Made by a program: the position numbers and the translations under genes. The notes under the pieces were generated by a model, which saw nothing but the letters and a program-made list of their open reading frames with translations, had not been told where the DNA came from and ran no database searches. From positions 109,941-173,940 of the forward strand of contig DAOTCE010000006.1 in assembly GCA_035452965.1 (NCBI GenBank): a DNA stretch of 64,000 nucleotides, written 5' to 3'. This document shows positions 53,328 through 64,000 of the stretch, piece by piece. Within the stretch, counting starts at the first letter, position 1; every line of letters starts with the position of its first letter. This DNA comes from Minisyncoccota bacterium (GTDB lineage: Bacteria > Verrucomicrobiota > Verrucomicrobiia > Limisphaerales > UBA8199).

Positions 53328-53891
53328 ATGACAGGGACAGACGACAGCGAAAGTCGGATGGGGGCAAAAGCGCCCCGGTCAGTGGTGGTCGTGTATGAGG
53401 ATTCAGCCGCGCGCGAGCGGGCGGTGGACTTCTGCGATCAACTGGCGGCCCGGTTCAGGGAGCGATGCAAGTTTGACGTAAGCTGGTGGTCCTTCGAGCT
53501 GCTGGCGGAGCTCGGCTCGGCGAGCCAGGCGGCGCAAAGGGCCGCGGAGGCGGAGGTGGTCGTGGTCGCCGCCGCGCCGGAAGGTGATTTTGCGCCGTCC
53601 GTCAAGGAGTGGCTCGATCGCTGGCTGGCCCAGCGGGCCAAGCGGGAAGGCATGCTGGCGGGATTGCTGGAGGCGGAGCCCAGCCCAGGCAACCTCGAGG
53701 GGCCCAAGGCCCAGCAGCTCCGCCAGGCCGCGCACCGCGGGGAGGTTGTTTACGTGACGCAGGTGCCCCAGGAGACCCGGCACACAATGCCGGATTCGCT
53801 CGATTCATATTCCAGCCGCGCCGACCATGTCACCAGCCTGCTGCAGGACATTCTGCGCCAGCCGCCGCCGCCCCCCCCCACGCTCCCTTGA
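53328..53891 (+). CDS. hypothetical protein with poly-Pro C-terminus
   Basis: Track ORF 53232..53891. ATG 53328 gives MTGTDDSESRMGAKAPRSVVVVYEDSAARERAVDFCDQLAARF.... An alternating beta/alpha pattern suggests a flavodoxin/TIR-like fold (weak inference). No family recognised. Confidence 0.5.
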   Translation: MTGTDDSESRMGAKAPRSVVVVYEDSAARERAVDFCDQLAARFRERCKFDVSWWSFELLAELGSASQAAQRAAEAEVVVVAAAPEGDFAPSVKEWLDRWLAQRAKREGMLAGLLEAEPSPGNLEGPKAQQLRQAAHRGEVVYVTQVPQETRHTMPDSLDSYSSRADHVTSLLQDILRQPPPPPPTLP

Positions 53892-53912
53892 GCGGGCGCG
53901 GTTTGGCGCGGC

Positions 53913-56579
53913 CTAGCTGGCGCCGGCCTGTCCGGCCGCATCGTCTTCCTGCTGCTCGCTGATCACCGGCGCGATGGCTTGCAGTTTGTCGCCTTCGGCT
54001 AGGTTGATGAGCTTGACGCCCTGCGTGTTGCGGCCCGCTTCGCGGATGTCCTTGACAAAGATGCGCACCAACTGCCCGCCCGAGGTAATCAGCATGATTT
54101 CATCCGCATCGCGCACGGTGAGCGCGCCGACGACCGCGCCGGTCTTCTCGTTGGCCTTCATGGTGATGATGCCTTTGCCGCCGCGGGATTGCAGCCGGTA
54201 AACCTGCTCGACGGTGCCATCCTCGCGGACGAGGTCGAAGGGAGTGCGTTTCCCAATGCCGTTTTCACCAGCCACCAGCAGGGTCGCGTCGCGGTTGGTC
54301 ACGGCCAGGGCCACGACCGCATCGTCTCTTTCGAGGTTGATGCCTCGCACGCCGGCGGCCGGGCGGCCCATGGCGCGCACGTCCTCTTCGGAAAAGCGGA
54401 TGCTCATGCCGTCGCGCGTGATGAGAACGACCTGGTCGCGGCCCGAGGTCAGCTTCACCTCGATCAGGGCGTCGCCCGGCTCAATGCCAATGGCAATGAT
54501 GCCTCCTTTGCGGACGTTGGCGAAGTCCTCGAGCGGGGTCTTCTTGACCGTGCCTTGCTGGGTGGCGAAGAAGAGGAAGCCCGGCTGCTGCCAGGTGGTG
54601 TCTTCCTTGTTGGGGCCGGTGCGGGCTTCGATGCGGATGAGGGCGGCGATGGTCTCGTCGGATTTGAGCTCGAGCAGGTTGGCAATGCTGCGGCCTTTGG
54701 CGACACGGCCCATGTCGGGGATCTCGTGCACGCGCTCCACATACACCCGCCCGGTGTTGGTGAAGAACATCAGGTGATCGTGCGTGCCGGCGCTGAACAG
54801 GTGCTCGATGAAGTCCCGGTCCTCCTCGCCCGCGCCGTCGCGGGTGGTCATGCCAATCACCCCTTTGCCGCCGCGGCGCTGGGCGCGGTAGGAGCTGATG
54901 TTGGTCCGCTTGATGAGGCCGGTGTGCGTCAGGGTGATGATAACCCCTTCGTTCGCAATGAGGTCCTCGATGGCAATTTCGCCTTCGTCGGGCACCAGGT
55001 CCGTCCGGCGGGGCGTGGCATATTTTTCTTTGATGGCCTGCAGCTCGGCTTTGATGATGGCGAGCACGCGGGCTTCTTTGGCCAGGATGTCGAGGAGGTC
55101 CTTGATCCGGGCCATTAAGTCGCGGTATTCGGCCCGCACCTTGTCAATTTCCAGCCCGGTCAACTGGTAGAGGCGCAGTTCGAGGATGGCGTTGGCTTGC
55201 GCCTCGCTGAAGGAGTAGCGGCCGCTCACCAGGCGCGCCTCGCTGCGGATGAGGATGCCTATCTTCTCCACCTGCGCGCGCGTAAAGTCGAAGGCCAGCA
55301 GCTTGATTTTCGCCTCCTCGCGGGTGGCTGAGTGGCGGATGATGCGGATGAACTCGTCCAGGTTGGAAAGGGCAATCAGGTAGCCTTCCAGCAGCTCCGC
55401 CCGCTCTTCGGCCTTCCGCAGCTCGTGCCGGGTCCGGCGGACAACCACCTCGCGCCGGTGTTCGATGTAGCAGTTGATCAGGTCCTTCAGCCCGAGGGTC
55501 TTGGGCCGGCCATGGTCAATGGCCAGCGCATTGACGGCAAAGGCCGATTCGAGCGCGGTGTGCCGGTAAAGGTTGTTGATCACCACCTTGGGCACCGCAT
55601 CGCGCTTGATTTCTATGACGACACGCGTGTTCTCATCCGACTCGTCCCGCACGGCGGTGATGTCGGTGATGGTTTTTTCGTTGACCAGGTCGGCAATCCG
55701 CTCGACCAGCACGGCGCGGTTTACGTTGTACGGGATTTCGGTGATGATAATTTGCTCCCGGCCGCCTTTGAGTTCTTCGAGGCCGACTTTGCCCCGGACT
55801 TTTACGCTGCCGCGGCCGGTCAGGAAGTACTGCTTGATTCCTTCCAGGCCGCAGACCATGCAGCCGGTCGGGAAGTCCGGCCCTTTGACATGCTGCATGA
55901 GTTCCTTGAGGGTGATGTCGGGTTTGTCAATCTGTGCGCAGACGCCGTCAATGATTTCGCCCAGGTTGTGCGGCGGCATGTTGGTGGCCATGCCGACCGC
56001 GATGCCGGTGCCGCCGTTGACCAGGAGGTTGGGGAACGCGGAGGGAAAGACGGTGGGTTCGGTGCGGGTCTCGTCGTAATTGGGGACAAAATCCACCGTT
56101 TCCTTGTCCATGTCCTCCATCATTATGGCCCCAAGCGGGGCCAGGCGCGCTTCGGTGTAGCGCATGGCCGCCGGCGGATCGCCCTCGACGGAGCCGAAGT
56201 TCCCCTGCCCTTCCACGAGGCGTTCGCGCATGGCCCACGGCTGCGCCATGTGCACGAGGGTCGGGTAGATCGCCTGGTCGCCGTGCGGATGGTAGTTGCC
56301 CATGGTTTCGCCCACGATCTTGGCGCACTTGAGGTGCTTGCGGTTGGGCATAACCCCCAGGTCGTTCATCGCGTAGAGGATGCGGCGTTGGGACGGCTTC
56401 AGGCCATCCCGCGCGTCGGGCAGCGCGCGAGAGATAATCACCGACATGGAGTAATCCAGGAACGAGTTCTTGATTTCCTCGGCGACGTTGATTTTCGCCA
56501 CTTTTTCGTTGGCGGCGAACAAGGGCGTGCTGCTCGCGGGCACTGCCGGTGTCTCGTTAGGTTCGGTCGGTTCGGGCAT
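53913..56579 (-). CDS. gyrA: DNA gyrase subunit A
   Basis: ...DYSMSVIISRALPDARDGLKPSQRRILYAM...HPHGD..., with C-terminal beta-pinwheel repeats. Confidence 0.95.
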   Translation of the reverse strand: MPEPTEPNETPAVPASSTPLFAANEKVAKINVAEEIKNSFLDYSMSVIISRALPDARDGLKPSQRRILYAMNDLGVMPNRKHLKCAKIVGETMGNYHPHGDQAIYPTLVHMAQPWAMRERLVEGQGNFGSVEGDPPAAMRYTEARLAPLGAIMMEDMDKETVDFVPNYDETRTEPTVFPSAFPNLLVNGGTGIAVGMATNMPPHNLGEIIDGVCAQIDKPDITLKELMQHVKGPDFPTGCMVCGLEGIKQYFLTGRGSVKVRGKVGLEELKGGREQIIITEIPYNVNRAVLVERIADLVNEKTITDITAVRDESDENTRVVIEIKRDAVPKVVINNLYRHTALESAFAVNALAIDHGRPKTLGLKDLINCYIEHRREVVVRRTRHELRKAEERAELLEGYLIALSNLDEFIRIIRHSATREEAKIKLLAFDFTRAQVEKIGILIRSEARLVSGRYSFSEAQANAILELRLYQLTGLEIDKVRAEYRDLMARIKDLLDILAKEARVLAIIKAELQAIKEKYATPRRTDLVPDEGEIAIEDLIANEGVIITLTHTGLIKRTNISSYRAQRRGGKGVIGMTTRDGAGEEDRDFIEHLFSAGTHDHLMFFTNTGRVYVERVHEIPDMGRVAKGRSIANLLELKSDETIAALIRIEARTGPNKEDTTWQQPGFLFFATQQGTVKKTPLEDFANVRKGGIIAIGIEPGDALIEVKLTSGRDQVVLITRDGMSIRFSEEDVRAMGRPAAGVRGINLERDDAVVALAVTNRDATLLVAGENGIGKRTPFDLVREDGTVEQVYRLQSRGGKGIITMKANEKTGAVVGALTVRDADEIMLITSGGQLVRIFVKDIREAGRNTQGVKLINLAEGDKLQAIAPVISEQQEDDAAGQAGAS

Positions 56580-56658
56580 AATGCTGGTTGGCGGCTCCGG
56601 TCGCGGGTTCAGCCAATCGGGTCGGCCGGACGGCGCCGGCAGATCGGCGCTGCGCCGC

Positions 56659-59307
<2,649 letters not shown>

Positions 59308-59378
59308 CTATATATTGGGCCTTTTGGAGGGCCCGTCCCAAGTGCCACAACTTACCTTTTCAAGCCCGCCAAAGCAAC

Positions 59379-60215
59379 CTAGGTTTTGATGTCGCGCGCC
59401 TGAAAAGCGGCCGCGCCAATGAGGAAGGTGGTGAGGTTTACCGCGACCAGGGCGCAGAGGGATTGCCCTATCTGCGCCCAGGGAATGGGCTCGGCATACA
59501 CGTGGCGCCAGGCGTGGAAATGATAGGTCAGCAAGTACTCGTGATACGCCTCGAAGAAGGGGATGCCTTCCATCACCAGGTTCACAAACAGAAGTGACAG
59601 TGACAGGATGGTGGCCGCTGCGGGCTTCATGTTAAAGCAGGATAACATGAACGCGATGCCCAGCACTACGCTCGCGTTCAAGGTCATGGACAGGTGCGAC
59701 CAAAGATAGAGCTTCAGCCCCTCGCCCGCCGGCAGGACATTGAAGACCTCGCCCGGCACAAATACAAACATGCCCTTCCACGGGAACCACAGGCGCGCAA
59801 AACCCAGCGCGGTCCCGCCCAGCACCACCACCAGGACCGCCGCAAATATCACCCCGGCGATCCATTTCACCAGCAACAGTTGAAAGCGGGAGATCGGCCG
59901 CGACAGGATCATGCGCAGCGTCCCGTCCTCAACTTCTTTCGCCACCAGGTCTCCCCCCACTAACGCCGCATACAGCGGCATCAGCAGCAGGATCTGGGGG
60001 ATCAACATGATTACCGCCACGGTCAGTGCCGACACGAACTCCTGCGCCAGGTAGCCGTTGCCCGCCAGCATTCGCTCCATGCTGGACTGCCAGCGAGTAA
60101 AACGGAAGGTCAGCAGCATGGCATTCTGCGCCAGCAGAAAGGCGCCAAAGCCAATGTAGGTCCGCTTCTTGCCAAACAGCTTCCACAGCTCGTTGCGCAG
60201 GTGACGCCAAAACAT
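59379..60215 (-). CDS. ABC-2 family transporter permease
   Basis: ...GGDLVAKEVEDGTLRMILSRPISR..., six predicted TM segments, 2 nt downstream of the ATPase gene. Confidence 0.8.
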   Translation of the reverse strand: MFWRHLRNELWKLFGKKRTYIGFGAFLLAQNAMLLTFRFTRWQSSMERMLAGNGYLAQEFVSALTVAVIMLIPQILLLMPLYAALVGGDLVAKEVEDGTLRMILSRPISRFQLLLVKWIAGVIFAAVLVVVLGGTALGFARLWFPWKGMFVFVPGEVFNVLPAGEGLKLYLWSHLSMTLNASVVLGIAFMLSCFNMKPAAATILSLSLLFVNLVMEGIPFFEAYHEYLLTYHFHAWRHVYAEPIPWAQIGQSLCALVAVNLTTFLIGAAAFQARDIKT

Positions 60216-60217
60216 GC

Positions 60218-61162
60218 TTACCTGGCCTCCCTTTGCCCGTTCATCAGCGACAGGTAGAAGTCCTCCAGCGTTTCCTCCGCCGGGGCAATCTCATGCACGG
60301 CCATACCGCGCTCCACCAACAGCCGGACAACCTGATCCGTTCCCACGCCCGGGCACAGCGAAATGAGGCGGCCATCGCGTTCCTGCGTGATCAGTTCTGC
60401 CTGTCGCAGTTCCCGCACCGCCAGCCCGAAATCGCCGGTGCGCAGCCGTATCCAGGCCTCGCGCTGCTTTGTCGCCGCCAGCGAGCCTTCAAACACCTTG
60501 CGGCCCTGGTTCAACACCGCGATGCGCGTGCATAGCTGCTCCACCTCGTTGAGAAAATGGGACGATAACAGAATGGTCAGCCCCAGTTCCTTGTGCAGTC
60601 GCAGGATCGTCTGGCGCATTTCGTGTATGCCCTCCGGGTCGAGGCCGTCGCTGGGTTCGTCCAGAATCAGCAGTTCCGGCTGGGGCAGGAGCGCCTGGGC
60701 CAGCGCCAGCCGCGCCCTCATGCCGTGGGAGTAGGTCCCCACTTTGGAGCCTTCCCGCCCGCTCAATCCCACCCACTCGATGACCTCCCGCATTCGCTGG
60801 GGCGGGGTCCGAGCCGTGTAGGAGCTAAGTATCTCCAAGTTTCTCCAACCGCTCAGATACTCGTAGAACGCCGGGCTCTCGAAGATCGCCCCCACCTTTC
60901 GCAGCGCCAGGCGGCGGTGGGCCGTCACGTCGTGGCCGCAAACGCGCACCTTGCCGCTGGTTGGCCAAACCTGCCCCAGCATCATGCCGATGGCGGTGCT
61001 TTTGCCAGCGCCGTTATGCCCCAGCAGGCCGTAGATTTCGCCCGCCGGCACCTGGAGCGTCATGTCCTCGACCGCCGGGCGCCGGCCAAACTTCTTGCAC
61101 AGGTTGTTGAGTTGAATCACGGGTTCAGGCGCCACGCTGATGTTCGGATCAGCCACGCGCAA
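60218..61162 (-). CDS. ABC transporter ATP-binding protein
   Basis: Walker A GHNGAGKST, signature YSHGMRARL, Walker B LLILDEPSDGLD. Confidence 0.9.
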   Translation of the reverse strand: MRVADPNISVAPEPVIQLNNLCKKFGRRPAVEDMTLQVPAGEIYGLLGHNGAGKSTAIGMMLGQVWPTSGKVRVCGHDVTAHRRLALRKVGAIFESPAFYEYLSGWRNLEILSSYTARTPPQRMREVIEWVGLSGREGSKVGTYSHGMRARLALAQALLPQPELLILDEPSDGLDPEGIHEMRQTILRLHKELGLTILLSSHFLNEVEQLCTRIAVLNQGRKVFEGSLAATKQREAWIRLRTGDFGLAVRELRQAELITQERDGRLISLCPGVGTDQVVRLLVERGMAVHEIAPAEETLEDFYLSLMNGQREAR

Positions 61163-61168
61163 TCGGGA

Positions 61169-61813
61169 TCATTGCTTCCTTTCAATGGTCCCTTCGAACA
61201 GGAGCAGGTTCTTAATGTGCCCATCCGCGTAGAGCCAGTTCTGCGCCTTGGATTCCCCACGCGCGATGTGGAACTTGTCCTTGTCGTACATCAGGGGCAT
61301 CTGGTGCGGGTCGAACTTGAGGCCCATGGCGGACAGATGATCGGCGTTCTCGCCATTGAGCAGGCTGTTCCACGAGAAGCTGGAGCCGGTCTGGCCAAAG
61401 AAGGTTTCCCCCGCCCCGGCTCTCAGCTTGGCCTGGTTCCCCGGCCACCTGTCGGATGGGCACTTAAACACGTTGACATTCCCCACGCAATTCGACAGCA
61501 CCTGGTCCGGGCCGGGCAGATCATTGATCAGCGTCGTCACGGACTTGTCCCGCATGACCGGCAGCCGATTGTGGTTGTCTCCCACGTAGATCTGCAGCCC
61601 CACGCCAATCTGGTGCAGGTTGCTCAAGCACACCGTCGCTCGGCCCGCTTCCTTTGCGCGGCTCAAAACCGGCAGCAACAGCGCGGCGAGGATGGTGATG
61701 ATCGAAATCACAACCAGCAACTCAATCAGCGTGAAGGAGTGCGCGGCCCGGGTGCTCCCCGCGCGGCGCCTGGCCGCTCGCCGCTCGCGATTCGCCACCC
61801 TCACCATGCTCAC
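61169..61813 (-). CDS. prepilin-type N-terminal cleavage/methylation domain protein (pseudopilin-like)
   Basis: ...[34 protein letters not shown]..., with C-terminal ...[10 protein letters not shown]. Paralog of 11414..12229. GTG 61813 overlaps the upstream stop (GTGA); alternative ATG at 61807. Confidence 0.75.
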   Translation of the reverse strand: MSMVRVANRERRAARRRAGSTRAAHSFTLIELLVVISIITILAALLLPVLSRAKEAGRATVCLSNLHQIGVGLQIYVGDNHNRLPVMRDKSVTTLINDLPGPDQVLSNCVGNVNVFKCPSDRWPGNQAKLRAGAGETFFGQTGSSFSWNSLLNGENADHLSAMGLKFDPHQMPLMYDKDKFHIARGESKAQNWLYADGHIKNLLLFEGTIERKQ

Positions 61814-62436
61814 CTTCCCCGGAATGGCCGGCCGCTTTCCATCACCCGCTGCAGCTCCTCCAGCACCGGCGCCAATTCCGCCTTGGTCTGCGCCGAGCTC
61901 TGGCTGTAAAACGTCTTCAGCCCGATGGAGCGCACCTTGGCCTCCAATTCCTCGCTGAGCACCGGCGGCGAGTTGGTGCCATTGCGCGGGCCTCGGCGCG
62001 CGCCGCTGCCGGCCTGGTCCCGCGCCTGCCGGAGACGCCGCAGCGCGTCGTCAATCGTCTTGCGCCGGCTCTCCTCCGGCAGTTCCTCGAAGGCCGTCAG
62101 CATTTGTTTAAAGCCATTGGGCATCGTCGCCTCCAGGAACGCCCCCTTCTCTTCCTCCGTCATCCGGTCGAACCAATCCCTGGCCGTGCGATCCAGCCGC
62201 GCTTTGCGGCGCTCCTCCAATGACAATGCGTTGAGCTTGTCCGCCAGTTCTCGTATCGCCTTCGCTCGCGCGGCTCCGCTCAACTTGCTGATATCCACCG
62301 ACTCGCCGTAAGCCTTTACCTTCTCCGCTGTCATTTTGGCATTGCTGGCAATCCGGTAGCCGGCCAGCGCCACCAGCCAGATCGCGCAGACCACACCCCC
62401 GGAAACAAGCACGGGACGCCAACGTTGACTTAGCAT
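61810..62436 (-). CDS. membrane-anchored helical hypothetical protein
   Basis: 208 aa. One N-terminal TM helix ([20 protein letters not shown]), then charged helical sequence. First gene of a tightly spaced four-gene minus-strand cluster. Confidence 0.55.
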   Translation of the reverse strand: MLSQRWRPVLVSGGVVCAIWLVALAGYRIASNAKMTAEKVKAYGESVDISKLSGAARAKAIRELADKLNALSLEERRKARLDRTARDWFDRMTEEEKGAFLEATMPNGFKQMLTAFEELPEESRRKTIDDALRRLRQARDQAGSGARRGPRNGTNSPPVLSEELEAKVRSIGLKTFYSQSSAQTKAELAPVLEELQRVMESGRPFRGR

Positions 62437-62576
62437 GGCCCAAGTCTAGCGCCCCCACCCGCTTTCGCCACGAAAAACCACCCCGCGCACTCTCCCGGCC
62501 GCAACCTTGCTTTTGCTCCGCCCGCGCATTAGTCTGGGTCCGATGACCGCTCCAATACACCCGCCGCGCCCCCGCT

Positions 62577-63761
62577 ATGACTAAGCGCCTCTCGAAGTCC
62601 CCCCAATCCGCCAAGGCCGCCCCGGCCACCCCGACGGTCTCCAACGCGGGCCTGGACCAATTGCGCGAGCAGATAGACAGCATTGACCAGAAGTTGGTGG
62701 ACTTGCTGGCCCGGCGACTTCGCGTCGTCCAGGAGGTCACCGCTATCAAACAAAAGCACGACCTGCCCACTTTCCACCCTGCCCGCGAGGAAAACCTCAT
62801 TTCCGCCCGCCGCGTCCAGGCCACCCAAGCCGGGCTCGACCCGGACTATGTGGAGGACCTGTTTCGCGCTGTCCTCCGCCATTCCCGCGTGGGGCAACTG
62901 AACACCCTCAGCCGACGCAGTGTCCGCCCCGGCGCCAAGGTTCTCATCGTCGGCGGGCTGGGCAACATGGGCCGGTTCTTCTCCAATTGGTTCCGCCAAT
63001 CCGACTACGACGTCCGCATTCTCGACCGCGAGGATTGGCCCCGGGTCGAATCCCTCGCCGCCGGAATTGACCTCTGCCTGCTGGCTGTGCCCATTGACAT
63101 CACCGCGTCGGTCGCCATCCAGATCGGCGCGCACCTCCCGCCCGCCTGCATCCTGGCCGACATCACCAGCCTTAAAAGCATACCCGTCGAGGCCATGCTC
63201 AAAGGCCACGCCGGCCCCGTCGTCGGCCTGCACCCGCTCTTCGGCCCGGCCACCGTCACCATGGACAAGCAAATCGTGGTCGTCACTCCCGGCCGCCAGA
63301 TGGACCAATGCCAATGGCTGCTCGACCAACTGACACTGTGGGGCAACGTCCTGGTCGAAACCCCGCCCGCGGAGCACGACGAAATCATGGGTGTCGTCCA
63401 GGCGCTGCGTCACTTCGCCACGTTCACCTTCGGCCAGTTTCTTCACTCACGCGGCGTTCCCATTCTCCGCACCCTCGAGTTGTCCAGCCCCATCTATCGC
63501 CTGGAACTGGCGATGGTCGGCCGCTTGTTCGCCCAGGACCCCTCGCTGTATGCCGAGATCGTGTTTGCCACTCCCGAGCGCCTGGCCCTCCTGAAGGACT
63601 ACCTCCAGTCGCTACAGCAGAATCTCGCCCTCGTCGAACGAGGCGACAAAGCCGAGTTCATCGCCCGTTTCCGCCAGATTGCCGAGTGGTTCGGCCCCTT
63701 CAGCGAGCAAGCCATGCGCGAAAGCACGTTCCTCGTCGAGAAGCTCGTCCATCGGTTCTGA
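62577..63761 (+). CDS. tyrA: bifunctional chorismate mutase / prephenate dehydrogenase (T-protein)
   Basis: The N-terminal CM domain (LREQIDSIDQKLVDLLARR) plus GGLGNMGRFF, GLHPLFGP, ALRHFATF and SSPIYRLELAMVGRLFAQDPSLYAEI are close to E. coli TyrA as I remember it. Confidence 0.85.
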   Translation: MTKRLSKSPQSAKAAPATPTVSNAGLDQLREQIDSIDQKLVDLLARRLRVVQEVTAIKQKHDLPTFHPAREENLISARRVQATQAGLDPDYVEDLFRAVLRHSRVGQLNTLSRRSVRPGAKVLIVGGLGNMGRFFSNWFRQSDYDVRILDREDWPRVESLAAGIDLCLLAVPIDITASVAIQIGAHLPPACILADITSLKSIPVEAMLKGHAGPVVGLHPLFGPATVTMDKQIVVVTPGRQMDQCQWLLDQLTLWGNVLVETPPAEHDEIMGVVQALRHFATFTFGQFLHSRGVPILRTLELSSPIYRLELAMVGRLFAQDPSLYAEIVFATPERLALLKDYLQSLQQNLALVERGDKAEFIARFRQIAEWFGPFSEQAMRESTFLVEKLVHRF

Positions 63762-63830
63762 GGTCTTCGCACGTGCCCCTCGCCCGCCCCTCGAAATTTC
63801 AGGAATCGCTCTTGCGCGCCCGCCTGGGCT

Positions 63831-64000
63831 GATCGCCGCGTCGCCATCGCCCTCACCGGCCAGCGATAACCTCTCTTCTGGAGCGGCGCCGACCGCGAGG
63901 CGAAGTTCGACCTCCATGACCTGAAAGGCTTGCTGGAGGAATTCCTCGACCAGTTCGGCCTGCGCGGGATGAACTGCGTCTGCCAGCCGGACAGCACCAC
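63831..64000 (+). pseudogene. pheT-like 3' gene fragment with in-frame TAA (runs off the right edge)
   Basis: The frame continuing from tyrA reads DRRVAIALTGQR-TAA(63867-63869)-PLFWSGADREAKFDLHDLKGLLEEFLDQFGLRG.... This resembles the PheT segment ...G.R....W......vDFyDLKG.lE..L...G of E. coli as I recall it. There is no room for the ~550 upstream codons, because tyrA ends at 63761. Confidence 0.4.

Noticed and set aside
60593-61909. 438-aa + strand ORF, with similar long shadow ORFs at 62529..63446(-), 21506..22894(-), 7148..8131(+), 40981..41847(-), 42610..43581(+), 46392..47330(+), 38007..38948(+), 33671..34354(+), 979..1836(+)
   Set aside because: Each lies antisense to a gene with strong family motifs (ABC ATPase, TyrA, DUF748, Gfo/Idh/MocA, hydrogenase small subunit, HEAT, TPR, GlnRS). 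None shows motifs of its own.

Overview
High-GC (roughly 60-65% by eye) bacterial chromosomal segment, densely coding on both strands. I found no rRNA, tRNA or CRISPR array by eye. The gene content points to the PVC superphylum, most likely Verrucomicrobiota (inference, not a database result): a giant sedolisin plus GloVer-repeat protein, prepilin-type H-X9-DG proteins, four TAT-signal Gfo/Idh/MocA oxidoreductases (two paired with HEAT-repeat proteins), DUF748, and a GldG/DUF4340 ABC cluster. Housekeeping genes recognised: glnS (partial, missing from the ORF track because it has no stop in the window), purN, hisG, feoA-feoA-feoB, dtd, leuD, pdxH, gyrB-gyrA and tyrA. Many long ORFs in the track are antisense or alternate-frame shadow ORFs typical of high-GC DNA, and several real genes start downstream of the first start codon in the track. 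Observations most worth follow-up: (1) a six-gene Ech-type (group 4) [NiFe]-hydrogenase operon whose NuoB-like small subunit is fused in frame to a C-terminal GNAT acetyltransferase domain; (2) a ~175-nt non-coding element present twice (18.3 kb and 40.2 kb), with phased 11-bp direct repeats next to a TTGACA box and a conserved distal block at identical spacing, plus a related 11-mer array at 2.6 kb; (3) three tandem small paralogous ORFs of unknown family (24.0-25.2 kb), the first with a 4-Cys zinc ribbon, followed by an untracked 54-aa membrane ORF coupled to dtd; (4) a 125-bp MITE/REP-like element in two 96%-identical copies, and an 89-bp inverted-repeat element flanked by 10-bp direct repeats; (5) a 1954-aa protease with two blocks of exactly seven GloVer repeats; (6) a pheT-like 3' gene remnant with an in-frame TAA directly after tyrA; (7) a tightly coupled operon of membrane-anchored protein, pseudopilin-like protein and ABC-2 exporter. 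All functional calls rest on motif recognition from memory. No searches were run.
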